From the NCBI GenBank assembly GCA_944388805.1, contig CALXKE010000003.1, positions 7,885 to 71,884 on the forward strand: DNA of 64,000 nt, written 5' to 3'. The translations under genes and the position numbers were made by a program. Positions 38,441 to 47,731 of this stretch are shown piece by piece; positions within the stretch are counted from its first letter, which is position 1, and each line of letters starts with the position of its first letter. The stretch comes from an uncultured Clostridia bacterium. Its GTDB lineage: Bacteria; Bacillota; Clostridia; TANB77; CAG-508. The notes under the pieces were generated by a model. It saw only the letters and a list, made by a program, of their open reading frames with translations, was not told the origin of the DNA and made no database searches.

Positions 38441-38878
38441 TTATTCTTTTTTCCAAGTCATAACATATTCTTTCTCATTAAATTGTTCATTTAGCTGAAT
38501 CTTGGTATTTCTAAATTGTAGATTTGAGAAAAATAGAATACCATTCATATTTTTTTCAAACACCTTCACAAAAAGTTCTGCATTTTCTTCTAAATTATTT
38601 CTGTAATAATTTAGCAATTTTGTTCCAATTTCATGTCCTCTGTTTTCTTCTTTTACAAATATAGCCTTGATTTCATTCTCATTAACAGAAATAAATCCTA
38701 AGACTTCATCATTTTCTACATAGACATAAGTTTTAAAATTTTCCAAGAAATCCACTTTTACTTGATTATAAATTTCTAACCAATAATCTTTCTCAATAAA
38801 GCTATTAGCTTTGAAATTTCCTTTTACCCATATGGTCATGACTTTTGTTAAGTCTTCTTCTTTTATTTTTCTTATCAT
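38441..38878 (-). CDS. GNAT-family acetyltransferase (YjaB/YiaC-like)
   Basis: ANSFIEKDYW, IKAIFVKEENRGHEIGTKLL and VFEKN; start ATG 38878 after AAAGGTG. Confidence 0.85.
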   Translation of the reverse strand: MIRKIKEEDLTKVMTIWVKGNFKANSFIEKDYWLEIYNQVKVDFLENFKTYVYVENDEVLGFISVNENEIKAIFVKEENRGHEIGTKLLNYYRNNLEENAELFVKVFEKNMNGILFFSNLQFRNTKIQLNEQFNEKEYVMTWKKE

Positions 38879-38945
38879 ATCATCACCTTTTTCCTTTGTT
38901 TTCCTTAATGTAACAGAAAAATGTGTATTTTTCAATATATTTTTG

Positions 38946-39767
38946 TTAAAATTTGGTGATTTCTATATTATGTTTTTTTATATTTGGTATATCCATAAAC
39001 CTTCCAATCCCATATCCTAAAATACTTTCTCCAGCTACTAATACTATTGAAATGATTACATTGAATTCCATTATAGCTCCCCATGAAATCATATATATAC
39101 TATATACTGCTAAAAGGACAATATAATTTACGAGTAAGAATTTTAAAAAATCAGAAGAGGATTTTTGTATTGTTTTTTCTTTTTCGATATAATAGCTAAT
39201 TAATCCCACTAATCCTGTTCCTCCAAATACAACTAATATCATTACAGGAATCATTAGAAAAGGAGTTGTTAAAGTAAATACAATATTGCAAATAATCATA
39301 AAAGTAAAAATAATCTTGTTCATAATAGAAATATTTGTATTTTTCCTATCTTTTTTAAAGTCTTTCCTTATTTTAATTGTATTTAGAATAAAAATGATAA
39401 TAAGAACAAATGTAATCCCTAAGTTTCTTATAGGAATATAAATGCCCTCTTCTTTTATTAAATTATCCTGCCAAGGAATACCTTCCAAATATAAGACTTC
39501 TTTTTCTCCATCTTCATAATAAACTTCATAATGATTATTATCCCAGACTTCTTCATATATAATTTTCTTTACTTCACTATCTGTTTTAAAATTTTCCTCT
39601 CCTATATATGTATAAATCCTATCTTTATTACTCTTGTTTATATACAATTCATATTCTCCTGAATATCTTAATGTATAAGTTGAAAATACAAGTATAAAAA
39701 TGGCTAAAATCGAATTTAGTATTCCATATATGCTTCTCAAAGATTTCTCTTTTTTATTTTCTTCCAT
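38946..39767 (-). CDS. Hypothetical membrane protein
   Basis: SD AAAGGAGG; about 6 hydrophobic segments and one extracellular loop. Confidence 0.7.
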   Translation of the reverse strand: MEENKKEKSLRSIYGILNSILAIFILVFSTYTLRYSGEYELYINKSNKDRIYTYIGEENFKTDSEVKKIIYEEVWDNNHYEVYYEDGEKEVLYLEGIPWQDNLIKEEGIYIPIRNLGITFVLIIIFILNTIKIRKDFKKDRKNTNISIMNKIIFTFMIICNIVFTLTTPFLMIPVMILVVFGGTGLVGLISYYIEKEKTIQKSSSDFLKFLLVNYIVLLAVYSIYMISWGAIMEFNVIISIVLVAGESILGYGIGRFMDIPNIKKHNIEITKF

Positions 39768-39942
39768 AAACTCCTCCTTTATCCGTTATATATTATTATT
39801 TTATGTTTGTCAATATTTTTTTGTTGTTTTTCAATAATTGTAATTTTACAAAGTAATTAAGAAGTCCTAAACATATATTTAGGAATAATTATAATTAGTT
39901 ATAAAAAAAAGAAGATATGCAAAAATATATCTTCTTAAAATT

Positions 39943-40638
39943 CTATTTTTCTTCATATATTGTATCTGCTTCTTCTTGTGTTAAATATTTATATTTCACC
40001 ATTTTATTTAATACTTGTTTTTGTCTTTGTTTTGCAAGCTTTGGATTAACAGTTGGTGCATATACACTTGGTGCATTTGGTATTCCTGCAAGCATAACAC
40101 ATTCTCCATCTGTCATTTCATTTGGCTCTTTTCCAAAATATCCTCTTGAAGCCTCTTTTACCGTATCATATCCATCACCAAAATAGCTAGTATTTAAGTA
40201 CAATTCTAAAATTTCTTCCTTACTTAAATTTCTTTCTAAATTAAATGCCATAAACATTTCTGCAATTTTTCTAGTCATCTTTTTTTCTTGTGTAAAATAT
40301 ATATTTTTTGCCAATTGTTGTGTAATGGTACTTCCACCTTCTACATAACTCATTGCTTTGATATCATTGATAAATGCTCTTCCAATGGCAATGACATCAA
40401 TTCCTGGATGTTGATAAAATCTATGATCTTCTACACTAATAACAGCATCTAAATAAATTTGTGGTAGTTCTGAAAGTTCTGTATAATTTTCTTTTTCTTG
40501 TATTTGTTCTATTTTTTCTTCAAGTGGTGTATTTTCTATTGCTTCCTTATACATGCTATATCCATTTCCTACAAACAATAAGGCAATACTTAATAAGATT
40601 AATACTATCAAAAATACAACTTTAAAAAATACTTTCAT
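39943..40638 (-). CDS. Monofunctional peptidoglycan transglycosylase (GT51)
   Basis: EDHRFYQHPGID, GGSTITQQLAKN, RKIAE, KEEILELYLN and LAGIPNAPS; no transpeptidase domain. Confidence 0.92.
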   Translation of the reverse strand: MKVFFKVVFLIVLILLSIALLFVGNGYSMYKEAIENTPLEEKIEQIQEKENYTELSELPQIYLDAVISVEDHRFYQHPGIDVIAIGRAFINDIKAMSYVEGGSTITQQLAKNIYFTQEKKMTRKIAEMFMAFNLERNLSKEEILELYLNTSYFGDGYDTVKEASRGYFGKEPNEMTDGECVMLAGIPNAPSVYAPTVNPKLAKQRQKQVLNKMVKYKYLTQEEADTIYEEK

Positions 40639-40677
40639 TTTACCACCCCATTTCTTTTTACATTTATTTTTTCATAT

Positions 40678-41031
40678 TTATTCTACATTCATTGCTGTTT
40701 TAACTTCATCTGGTAAATCATCTGTTTGAACTTCTCTCCAGTTTACTACTCCTCTCATTTGCATTACATCTAATTCTAAATATGCTCCTTCTCTTAATTC
40801 TCTACTAGTTTTAAATTGTACTTCTTTTTCTTTTCCATTTTTATTATAAGCTGTTAATGTATATTGGTATTTCATATCATCTGTTCCAGAAACTTCTTCC
40901 ATTTTCGTATTATCTATTTGCGTATAATATTGGTCTTTATGTACTACTAAGAAGTAATATGTTCCAATCATCAAAGCAATTATAATAATGACTGCAATAA
41001 TAATCGGTAATTTTTCTTTAAAATCTTCCAT
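40678..41031 (-). CDS. YxeA-family (DUF1093) protein
   Basis: TM helix, YQYTLTAYNKNGKEKEVQF, LREGAYL and WREV; last gene of the Bce-type operon. Confidence 0.85.
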   Translation of the reverse strand: MEDFKEKLPIIIAVIIIIALMIGTYYFLVVHKDQYYTQIDNTKMEEVSGTDDMKYQYTLTAYNKNGKEKEVQFKTSRELREGAYLELDVMQMRGVVNWREVQTDDLPDEVKTAMNVE

Positions 41032-41034
41032 CTT

Positions 41035-43131
41035 TTATTCCTCCTCTTTAATAATGTTCTTGCTACCAATATATGTTGCTAAGAAATATAAACCATAGAT
41101 AACACCAATAATAACTGCTGTTGCTATTACAGAAGGTAATAAATCACTTGGAGAGGCTAATGCAGCAAGCATTGATAATATAAATTTAATTCCAAATATA
41201 GAATGTATAATCGCAAGAGCTAATGGTAACATGAAAAATATAAATATTTGTCTAAATAATGCTTGATTGATCATCTTTTCATCACAACCAATTTTTCTTA
41301 AAATTGTATATCTTTGTTTGTTATCAGAACTTTCTGTCAATTGTTTTAATGCTAAAATGGCAGAACTTGCAATTAAGAAGATAACTCCTAGATAAATGGC
41401 AATAAATATAATAATCGTTGCTAATCCTTTACTTGCTTCTATTAAACTAATTTTTGTCATGCCCTCTAGTTCTATACCTTTTTGTTCTAAGTTTTCCAAA
41501 AAGGTATTGTTATTTGTTTCTGATAATGTTTTTTCTATTTCTTCTTTTTCTTCATCAGTTTTAGCATTATAATTTGCTGCTAAAAATTCTTCTTCTTTCC
41601 ATTCTTCTTTTAATTCAAAATTATCTGGAACTAATATAATTCCTGTATTTACATGACTTGCAGACATTTCAATAAATCCACTCTTACATTCATTATATTT
41701 AGCATGTAAAGTTTTTCCTTCAATTTGTACTGTTGAATTTTGTTTTAATGCTTGATTTCTTAATTCTGTCATATTATCAAAATCGCAAAGGACAATATAT
41801 TCATCTTCGTTTAAGCTATATTGTTCTTGTCCATAAAGTTCTGCAATTTTATTATAATCAGATACTTTGATAATTTCTTCTGGTAAATCATACATAAGCA
41901 TTGAAAATTGTGCTTTTGCTTGTTCATAATAAGTTCCTAAACTATATTTTAAAGTCCATTCTGGAATTGTATAAACTGAAATTTCTACTATATCTTTTAA
42001 ATTATTCATATCATAACCATTGGTTTCTAATGTGTAACTAACTGGTTGTTTTGAATCTTCAATTTGCTCTTCTGTAGGATATATCATCTGACCTGTATAA
42101 GAATCTTCATAACTTTGTGGTAAATTTGCTGTTTTATATAAATTGACATCTACTGGTGTCATTTCTTGCAATTCTGAATCCATTGTTGTTTGGATAGATA
42201 AACTACTAGATAAGACACTTATGGTCATAAATAGCATTAAGCAAATTACAGACATACTAATAACGGTTGTATTAATCTTATTATTCAATTGTCTTAATAC
42301 AAACATATTGGTTCCTTTAAGATATATTTTTTTACTTGTTTGTATCATTCTTAGTATAAATCCTGATAAAGACCAAAATACGCCTATTGTTCCTACAATT
42401 CCCATTAAAATTGGTACTAACATTTTTTCTTCTGTATTTAATTCATAGATGCCACCTGTAACTATATAATATGCATATCCTAATAATCCTGCTGAAATTA
42501 AGAATACAATAATAGAAATGATTGGATTTTTTATTTTTACCTTTTCATTTTTTCTAACAGCTGTTAATAAATTAATTAATTTGTATCTTGAAATAGTAAG
42601 TGTATTAAATATCATAACTGCTAAATACATAACGGCAAAATAAATACATGTTTTAATACAAGCATCTTTTGAAAATACAAAGGTAAATTCACTCATATCT
42701 GCTTGAAAAAGTTTGGCTACTAGTATAGACATAAATTGTGAGCCAAATACACCTATAAAAATACCAACAATTAATGAAATGATTCCTACTAATATGGTTT
42801 CTATCAATATAATTTTGGATATTTGTCTTCTTCCCATTCCTAATGTCATATAAACACCAAATTCTCTTTTTCTTCTATTTACTAAGAAATTATTGGCATA
42901 TACAATTAAAAATCCAAGTACAATGGCAATAAATACAGATACCATTCCTAACATACTAATCATGAGTTTTATCATATCTCTTGTAGATTCAGATACTTCT
43001 AACATAGCTTGTTGACTATCTAAAGAGTTAAACATATAAAAGATTGCTACACCTAATACTAATGTTAAAAAATAAATGGCATAATCTTTAAAACTCTTTT
43101 TCATGTTTTTAACAGATAATTTAAATAACAT
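41035..43131 (-). CDS. BceB/YxdM-type ABC permease (FtsX family)
   Basis: KNMKKSFKDYAIYF, RRKREFGVYMTLGM, a large extracellular loop and YTILRKIG. Confidence 0.92.
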   Translation of the reverse strand: MLFKLSVKNMKKSFKDYAIYFLTLVLGVAIFYMFNSLDSQQAMLEVSESTRDMIKLMISMLGMVSVFIAIVLGFLIVYANNFLVNRRKREFGVYMTLGMGRRQISKIILIETILVGIISLIVGIFIGVFGSQFMSILVAKLFQADMSEFTFVFSKDACIKTCIYFAVMYLAVMIFNTLTISRYKLINLLTAVRKNEKVKIKNPIISIIVFLISAGLLGYAYYIVTGGIYELNTEEKMLVPILMGIVGTIGVFWSLSGFILRMIQTSKKIYLKGTNMFVLRQLNNKINTTVISMSVICLMLFMTISVLSSSLSIQTTMDSELQEMTPVDVNLYKTANLPQSYEDSYTGQMIYPTEEQIEDSKQPVSYTLETNGYDMNNLKDIVEISVYTIPEWTLKYSLGTYYEQAKAQFSMLMYDLPEEIIKVSDYNKIAELYGQEQYSLNEDEYIVLCDFDNMTELRNQALKQNSTVQIEGKTLHAKYNECKSGFIEMSASHVNTGIILVPDNFELKEEWKEEEFLAANYNAKTDEEKEEIEKTLSETNNNTFLENLEQKGIELEGMTKISLIEASKGLATIIIFIAIYLGVIFLIASSAILALKQLTESSDNKQRYTILRKIGCDEKMINQALFRQIFIFFMLPLALAIIHSIFGIKFILSMLAALASPSDLLPSVIATAVIIGVIYGLYFLATYIGSKNIIKEEE

Positions 43132-43888
43132 CGTTCAAATCACCTCCAAGAAGTGTTTGTACTTCAATTATCTTTTCAAAGAATTGTTTTCTAGTATCTT
43201 CTCCTTTTACTAGTTCATTAAAGATTTTTCCATCTTTAATGAAAATAATTCTATCTGCATAACTTGCTGTAAAGGCATCATGTGTAACCATTAAAATGGT
43301 TGCTCCTAGATTTTGATTTAAATGTTCAAATGTTTCCAATAATTGTCTTGCGGATTTACTATCTAATGCACCTGTTGGTTCATCTGCCAAGACCATTTTA
43401 GGATTTGTAATAATGGCCCTTGCTGATGCTACTCTTTGTTTTTGTCCTCCTGATATTTGATATGGATATTTATTTAAAATATTTGAAATTTCTAATTTTT
43501 CCGCTACTTCTTTTACTTTTTTATCAATTTCATGTGCATTTACTTTTTGAATAGTTAATGCCAAAGCTATATTTTCATAAGCAGTTAATGTATCTAATAA
43601 GTTAAAATCTTGAAATATAAATCCTAATTCCTCTCTTCTAAATTTGTTTAACTTATTTCCTTTTAGTTTGGTAATATCTTGATGATTGATGATAATGTTT
43701 CCTGCTGTTACTCTATCAATTGTTGAAATACAATTTAAAAGTGTTGTTTTTCCTGATCCTGATGCGCCCATGATTCCAACAAATTCTCCTTCTTCTACAT
43801 TAAAGCTAATTCCTGCAATGGCTTTTGTTAAATTTGATTTGTTTCCATAGTATTTTTCTATGTTTTTGACTTCTAATACATGACTCAT
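43121..43888 (-). CDS. BceA/YxdL-type ABC ATPase
   Basis: GASGSGKTT, FIFQDFNLLDTLT, ISGGQKQR, ADEPTGALDS and VTHDAFTAS. Confidence 0.95.
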   Translation of the reverse strand: MSHVLEVKNIEKYYGNKSNLTKAIAGISFNVEEGEFVGIMGASGSGKTTLLNCISTIDRVTAGNIIINHQDITKLKGNKLNKFRREELGFIFQDFNLLDTLTAYENIALALTIQKVNAHEIDKKVKEVAEKLEISNILNKYPYQISGGQKQRVASARAIITNPKMVLADEPTGALDSKSARQLLETFEHLNQNLGATILMVTHDAFTASYADRIIFIKDGKIFNELVKGEDTRKQFFEKIIEVQTLLGGDLNDVI

Positions 43889-43908
43889 TTAATTTCATTC
43901 CTTTCTTT

Positions 43909-44052
43909 AGGCACAAATTACTTGGAAAAGAATTGTGCTTTTGGCTAGGCAGACAAGTCCAAAATCAATGAGGCGTGCTTTTGCACGTTGATTTGATTTT
44001 GGATGAAGTCTAACAACGCCAAAACGCAATTATTTTTCAAGCTTGTAAACCT
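43909..44052 (+). ncRNA. Structured intergenic element, family C copy 1 (candidate ncRNA or ssDNA motif)
   Basis: Multi-stem hairpin whose internal loops are nearly identical to 55352-55476 while the stems covary. Confidence 0.65.
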
Positions 44053-44114
44053 CCATTTATCTTTTATTCTATATTTATTATACGGCTTATTCTTTTTTCT
44101 TTCCATTGTTTAAT

Positions 44115-44141
44115 CTTACATTTATCTTACATTTTTGTAAG
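44115..44141 (-). promoter_or_regulatory. BceR/GraR-type response-regulator binding site
   Basis: Palindrome CTTACA-TTTT-TGTAAG (44126-44141) plus a direct-repeat half site CTTACA (44115-44120); -10 TATAAT at 44082-44077 with no good -35. Confidence 0.7.
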
Positions 44142-44147
44142 GTAATT

Positions 44148-44281
44148 GTGCGTTAACGAAATCAAAGATTTCGACGCACACATGTGAAGACTGCTTCGCA
44201 GTACTTCACAAATATAGGAAGCCTACCTTGTTGTATACGAAAAAATCCACATAGGGTCAAGATAAAAGTCGATTTCCTATA
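44148..44281 (+). repeat. Cluster of GC-rich hairpins (mosaic element)
   Basis: GTGCGT..CGAAATC-AAA-GATTTCG-ACGCAC; TGTGAAG-ACTGC-TTC-GCAGT-A-CTTCACA; TATAGGAA...TTCCTATA. Confidence 0.7.
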
Positions 44282-44290
44282 CAATAAAGA

Positions 44291-44324
44291 AAAGGTAAGA
44301 TATTTTTTGTATCTTACCTTTAAA
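44291..44324. repeat. Terminator-like hairpin, left copy of a direct repeat flanking the TA cassette
   Basis: AAAGGTAAGATATTTTTTGTATCTTACCTTTAAA versus 45856-45890. Confidence 0.75.
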
Positions 44325-44347
44325 CAATCTATCTCTTTTTTATTAAT

Positions 44348-45439
44348 TTATTCTTTCCATTTATATCTTGTTTTTAAATTACTATATTTATCATATGGTA
44401 AAAGATTATCATTTTGTAATCTTCCTATTAACACAAATTCTTTTATCTTATTTTGTTGACTAAATTCTTTTATACTTTCTATTGAAAAGTCTTTTTTCTG
44501 TATATATTCCTCATATTTATCACTACTTATTAAAAAATCTTTGGCAAAATTATCTGCTATATCTTCTGCCTTCGTATTTTCAATATAATAATCCAATTTA
44601 TTTTCTTTGATATCATCATTTAATATATGTCCTATTTCATGAAATAATGTAAACCAAAAAATATCAGCATATGATTGTCTTATTGTCATACATAATATAA
44701 TTCTGTCATTTTTATTCTCTATAAATCCCTGTATAGGCGCTCCTTGAAAATTCTTTACTAACTCAAATATAATTCCACACTTCTTAAATATTTCCTTTAA
44801 TTTTTGTATCATCATATTAGGATTTTCTTCAAACATTAATTGTTTAATATCTTGTAAATAATTCTTTAATTTTTTACTATCATATGCATCTTCAACACTT
44901 TCTTTTTCAGCTATTAATTCACATACTCTTTGCCATGCATATAATACATATTCATCGACTTGTATATTTTTTGCAGCTCGATAAGCCACTTTTGTTATTA
45001 ATAGTTTTTCTATATTTAACAAATTATTTGTTTTACAAAGATTTCTAGCTATAATGACTTCTTCAGTAGTATTATTATATTTATTTATTAAATTTAATAA
45101 GATAGCATATTCTAAAATAGGTTCTATTCTTTTTGTAATCTCTATTTCTCTTTTATCAATATTATTTTTTTCTTGATATTCAATAATTTCTTTGTCATAT
45201 ATTGCTTGTAAATTTAACCAAAATGTAAATTTTACTCCAAAGACATATTCCAATGCCTTAGCAAATTTGGGTGAAATTCCTTTTTTCCCGTTTATCACTT
45301 CACTAATATGTTTGGCAGAAAAACCTGTTCTTTCTGCCAACTCTTCTTGATTCATATTATTTTCTTCTAATTTTTCTTTTATACTTATTCCTGGATGTAT
45401 AATAAAATCAAGGGATAAGCCAGTTATACTTGTCTCCAT
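44348..45439 (-). CDS. higA: HigA-family antitoxin (XRE HTH plus ImmA/IrrE-like HExxH domain)
   Basis: IHPGISIKE, QEELAERTG, FWLNLQAIYD and DIFWFTLFHEIGH. Confidence 0.88.
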   Translation of the reverse strand: METSITGLSLDFIIHPGISIKEKLEENNMNQEELAERTGFSAKHISEVINGKKGISPKFAKALEYVFGVKFTFWLNLQAIYDKEIIEYQEKNNIDKREIEITKRIEPILEYAILLNLINKYNNTTEEVIIARNLCKTNNLLNIEKLLITKVAYRAAKNIQVDEYVLYAWQRVCELIAEKESVEDAYDSKKLKNYLQDIKQLMFEENPNMMIQKLKEIFKKCGIIFELVKNFQGAPIQGFIENKNDRIILCMTIRQSYADIFWFTLFHEIGHILNDDIKENKLDYYIENTKAEDIADNFAKDFLISSDKYEEYIQKKDFSIESIKEFSQQNKIKEFVLIGRLQNDNLLPYDKYSNLKTRYKWKE

Positions 45440-45725
45440 GATAATCTATCACTCCTCTCACAATTATTTTTTGGTTACCCTTAGGCATTACTACCAATCT
45501 ATAATTTCCTGTAATCCCAACACCAAAATATCTTTTCAGGTTGCCTTTTAAAGGATGTGGTTTTCCAAAACCATATTTCATAAATTCTTGGAAATTTTCT
45601 GTTGCTTCTATTTGATTAAATCTTAATTTAACCATCTTAGCTAATTCTATGCCTATTATTTTTCTTAATTCTTCCATATTTGACATTTTCTTTTGTATCT
45701 CATGATTATGCCATTCTATTTCCAA
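45408..45725 (-). CDS. higB: HigB/RelE-family toxin
   Basis: GKPHPLKGNLKRYFGVGITGNYRLVV and IDYHG; TTG start after AGGAGG; lies upstream of the antitoxin. Confidence 0.8.
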   Translation of the reverse strand: MEIEWHNHEIQKKMSNMEELRKIIGIELAKMVKLRFNQIEATENFQEFMKYGFGKPHPLKGNLKRYFGVGITGNYRLVVMPKGNQKIIVRGVIDYHGDKYNWLIP

Positions 45726-45752
45726 GTTCTTTCCTCCTTTTGTATCTTGTTG

Positions 45753-45800
45753 TTACCTATTAGGTAATTAAATTCTATCATATACTTATATATATGTCAA
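45753..45800 (-). promoter_or_regulatory. TA promoter with palindromic operator
   Basis: TTGACA-N17-TAGAAT; palindrome TTACCTA-T-TAGGTAA at 45753-45767. Confidence 0.7.
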
Positions 45801-45855
45801 TGCTATAGAATTTTTTCTTTAAAAAATAAAACTATTTATGTTGTCCTTGACAAAA

Positions 45856-45890
45856 AAAGATAAGACATTCTTTATATCTTACCTTTTAAA
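45856..45890. repeat. Right copy of the direct repeat flanking the TA cassette
   Basis: AAAGATAAGACATTCTTTATATCTTACCTTTTAAA; 4 mismatches to 44291-44321. Confidence 0.75.
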
Positions 45891-45919
45891 TATATACAAT
45901 TTAAAAATCTATTTTTCAA

Positions 45920-46936
45920 CTACTTCAAATTTGTATAACTATTTTTAGGAAATATAATCCTTACTTCTGTTCCTTTATCTTTTTCTGAATTCAATTCTAT
46001 TCCAAGACTTAATTTATCACATAATTTTTTGCACAAGTATAAACCAATTCCAGTAGATTTTTGTCCTATTAATCTTCCATTTTCTCCTGTAAAACCTCTT
46101 TCAAATACTCTTGTGATTTCTCCTTTTTTTATTCCAATTCCATTATCTTGTATGTATAAAATGACTTTATCGTTTTTGGATTTTGCAAATATCTCTATTT
46201 TCTTATTTTCATCTTTAGAATACTTGATTGCATTTTGTATAATTTGGTTAATAATAAAAGTTGCCCATTTACTATCTGTATAAACTTCATGTTCTAAATC
46301 TTTTAATTCCAAAGCTACTTTTTCATTTAGTAATGTAGTTTTATTTTTTAATATAGCATTATTTACAATTTCTTTTAGATTGTTTTTGGTAATAATATAG
46401 TCTTTTTCAACGGCATTGCTTCTTGCATAAAATAAGGCTTGTTCTGTATAATTTTCTACCTTATCTAGTTCTTCATCTATACTTTTGGTTACTTCATTTT
46501 TATGGTTTTCAATAATCATTTTACTTGCCGCAATTGGTATTTTTACTTCATGGATCCATAATTCTATATATTCTTTATAATCTTCCTGAATACGTTTATA
46601 GTAATTTACATTTTCAAGCATAGACTTTCCTGCATCTAGCATGACTTCTTTTAAAATTTTGCCTTCTGTAAAATTAGCGTTTTTTATAATTTCAGAAATC
46701 AAATACTTTTCATGTAATTCTTCCATATTATTTTTTAATTGATTATAAAAATGTTGTTTTCTTTTATATTCAACAAATATGGAAATGGATACAACGATAA
46801 TGATAATAGCAGCTATGTAAATTTGTGCAATAATTCCGATTTGATAAGCCAATAATAATATTTCTATACTAATTAAGGCTAATAGAACACTTACAATTAA
46901 CAATACTTTATCTTTTATAAAATCACTAAATTTCAT
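45920..46936 (-). CDS. BceS/GraS-type intramembrane-sensing histidine kinase
   Basis: Two adjacent TM helices; WIHEVKIPI, QALFYAR, NAIKYS, DNGIGI, FERGFTG and STGIGLYL. Confidence 0.93.
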   Translation of the reverse strand: MKFSDFIKDKVLLIVSVLLALISIEILLLAYQIGIIAQIYIAAIIIIVVSISIFVEYKRKQHFYNQLKNNMEELHEKYLISEIIKNANFTEGKILKEVMLDAGKSMLENVNYYKRIQEDYKEYIELWIHEVKIPIAASKMIIENHKNEVTKSIDEELDKVENYTEQALFYARSNAVEKDYIITKNNLKEIVNNAILKNKTTLLNEKVALELKDLEHEVYTDSKWATFIINQIIQNAIKYSKDENKKIEIFAKSKNDKVILYIQDNGIGIKKGEITRVFERGFTGENGRLIGQKSTGIGLYLCKKLCDKLSLGIELNSEKDKGTEVRIIFPKNSYTNLK

Positions 46937-47604
46937 TTTAATATATACCCCTGTCCTCTTTTGGTTTCTATTCTATCATGTAATCCTAATTCTTCTAGTT
47001 TTGTTCTTAGTCTTTTTATATTGACATTTAATGTATTATCATCAATAAATTCTTCACTTTCCCATAAATAATCCATGATTTCATCTCTTGATACCACTTC
47101 ATTTTTATGAGTACTTAAATAGTATAAAATAGTATATTCATTTTTTGTTAAGCCCATTTTCTGATTATCTTTTTCTATAGTTCTTTCTGCTATATTTAAT
47201 ACAAAATCATGACAGTCAATTTTTTCTGGATTTCTTCCTGCATTTTGATTTCTTTTTAATAAACCATTTATTTTTGCAAGTAATATTTGTATATTATATG
47301 GTTTTGTAACATATTGGTCTGCTCCATAATTTAGACTCATTAATTCATCAATTTCATTATCTCTACTTGTTACCATAATAATTGGCACATTAGATACTTT
47401 TCTTACTTCTTTGCAGACAAATTCTCCATCTGTATATGGTAAATTAATATCTAGTAATACCAAATCTGCATTTTCATCTAATATATCTTGTATTGTATTA
47501 TCAAAATTTTCTAATCCTTTTGCTTCAAATCCATTTTTATTTAAAAATGTTTCTAATTCTTGTCTTAGTTTTTTATCATCTTCAACAATTAATATTTTAC
47601 TCAC
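46933..47604 (-). CDS. BceR/GraR-type OmpR-family response regulator
   Basis: ILIVEDD, LLDINLPYTDG, GADQYVTKP, DDNTLNVNIKRLR and TKRGQGY; GTG start. Confidence 0.95.
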   Translation of the reverse strand: MSKILIVEDDKKLRQELETFLNKNGFEAKGLENFDNTIQDILDENADLVLLDINLPYTDGEFVCKEVRKVSNVPIIMVTSRDNEIDELMSLNYGADQYVTKPYNIQILLAKINGLLKRNQNAGRNPEKIDCHDFVLNIAERTIEKDNQKMGLTKNEYTILYYLSTHKNEVVSRDEIMDYLWESEEFIDDNTLNVNIKRLRTKLEELGLHDRIETKRGQGYILK

Positions 47605-47731
47605 TTTTTAATGATTCCTTTCTCAATATTATATTTACTAAATAGAAAATCAATTTTTCTATTTAGCAGAATACATTAAACTTTTCAATCTTTTTCTTTT
47701 TTCATTTCATTGTTATTATACGAATTTTTAT

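Noticed and set aside
43945-44015. Hairpin-ribozyme resemblance (AGAC-AAGTCC / GGA-TGAA-GTCT)
   Set aside because: Copy 2 lacks the GUC, and no loop B consensus is present
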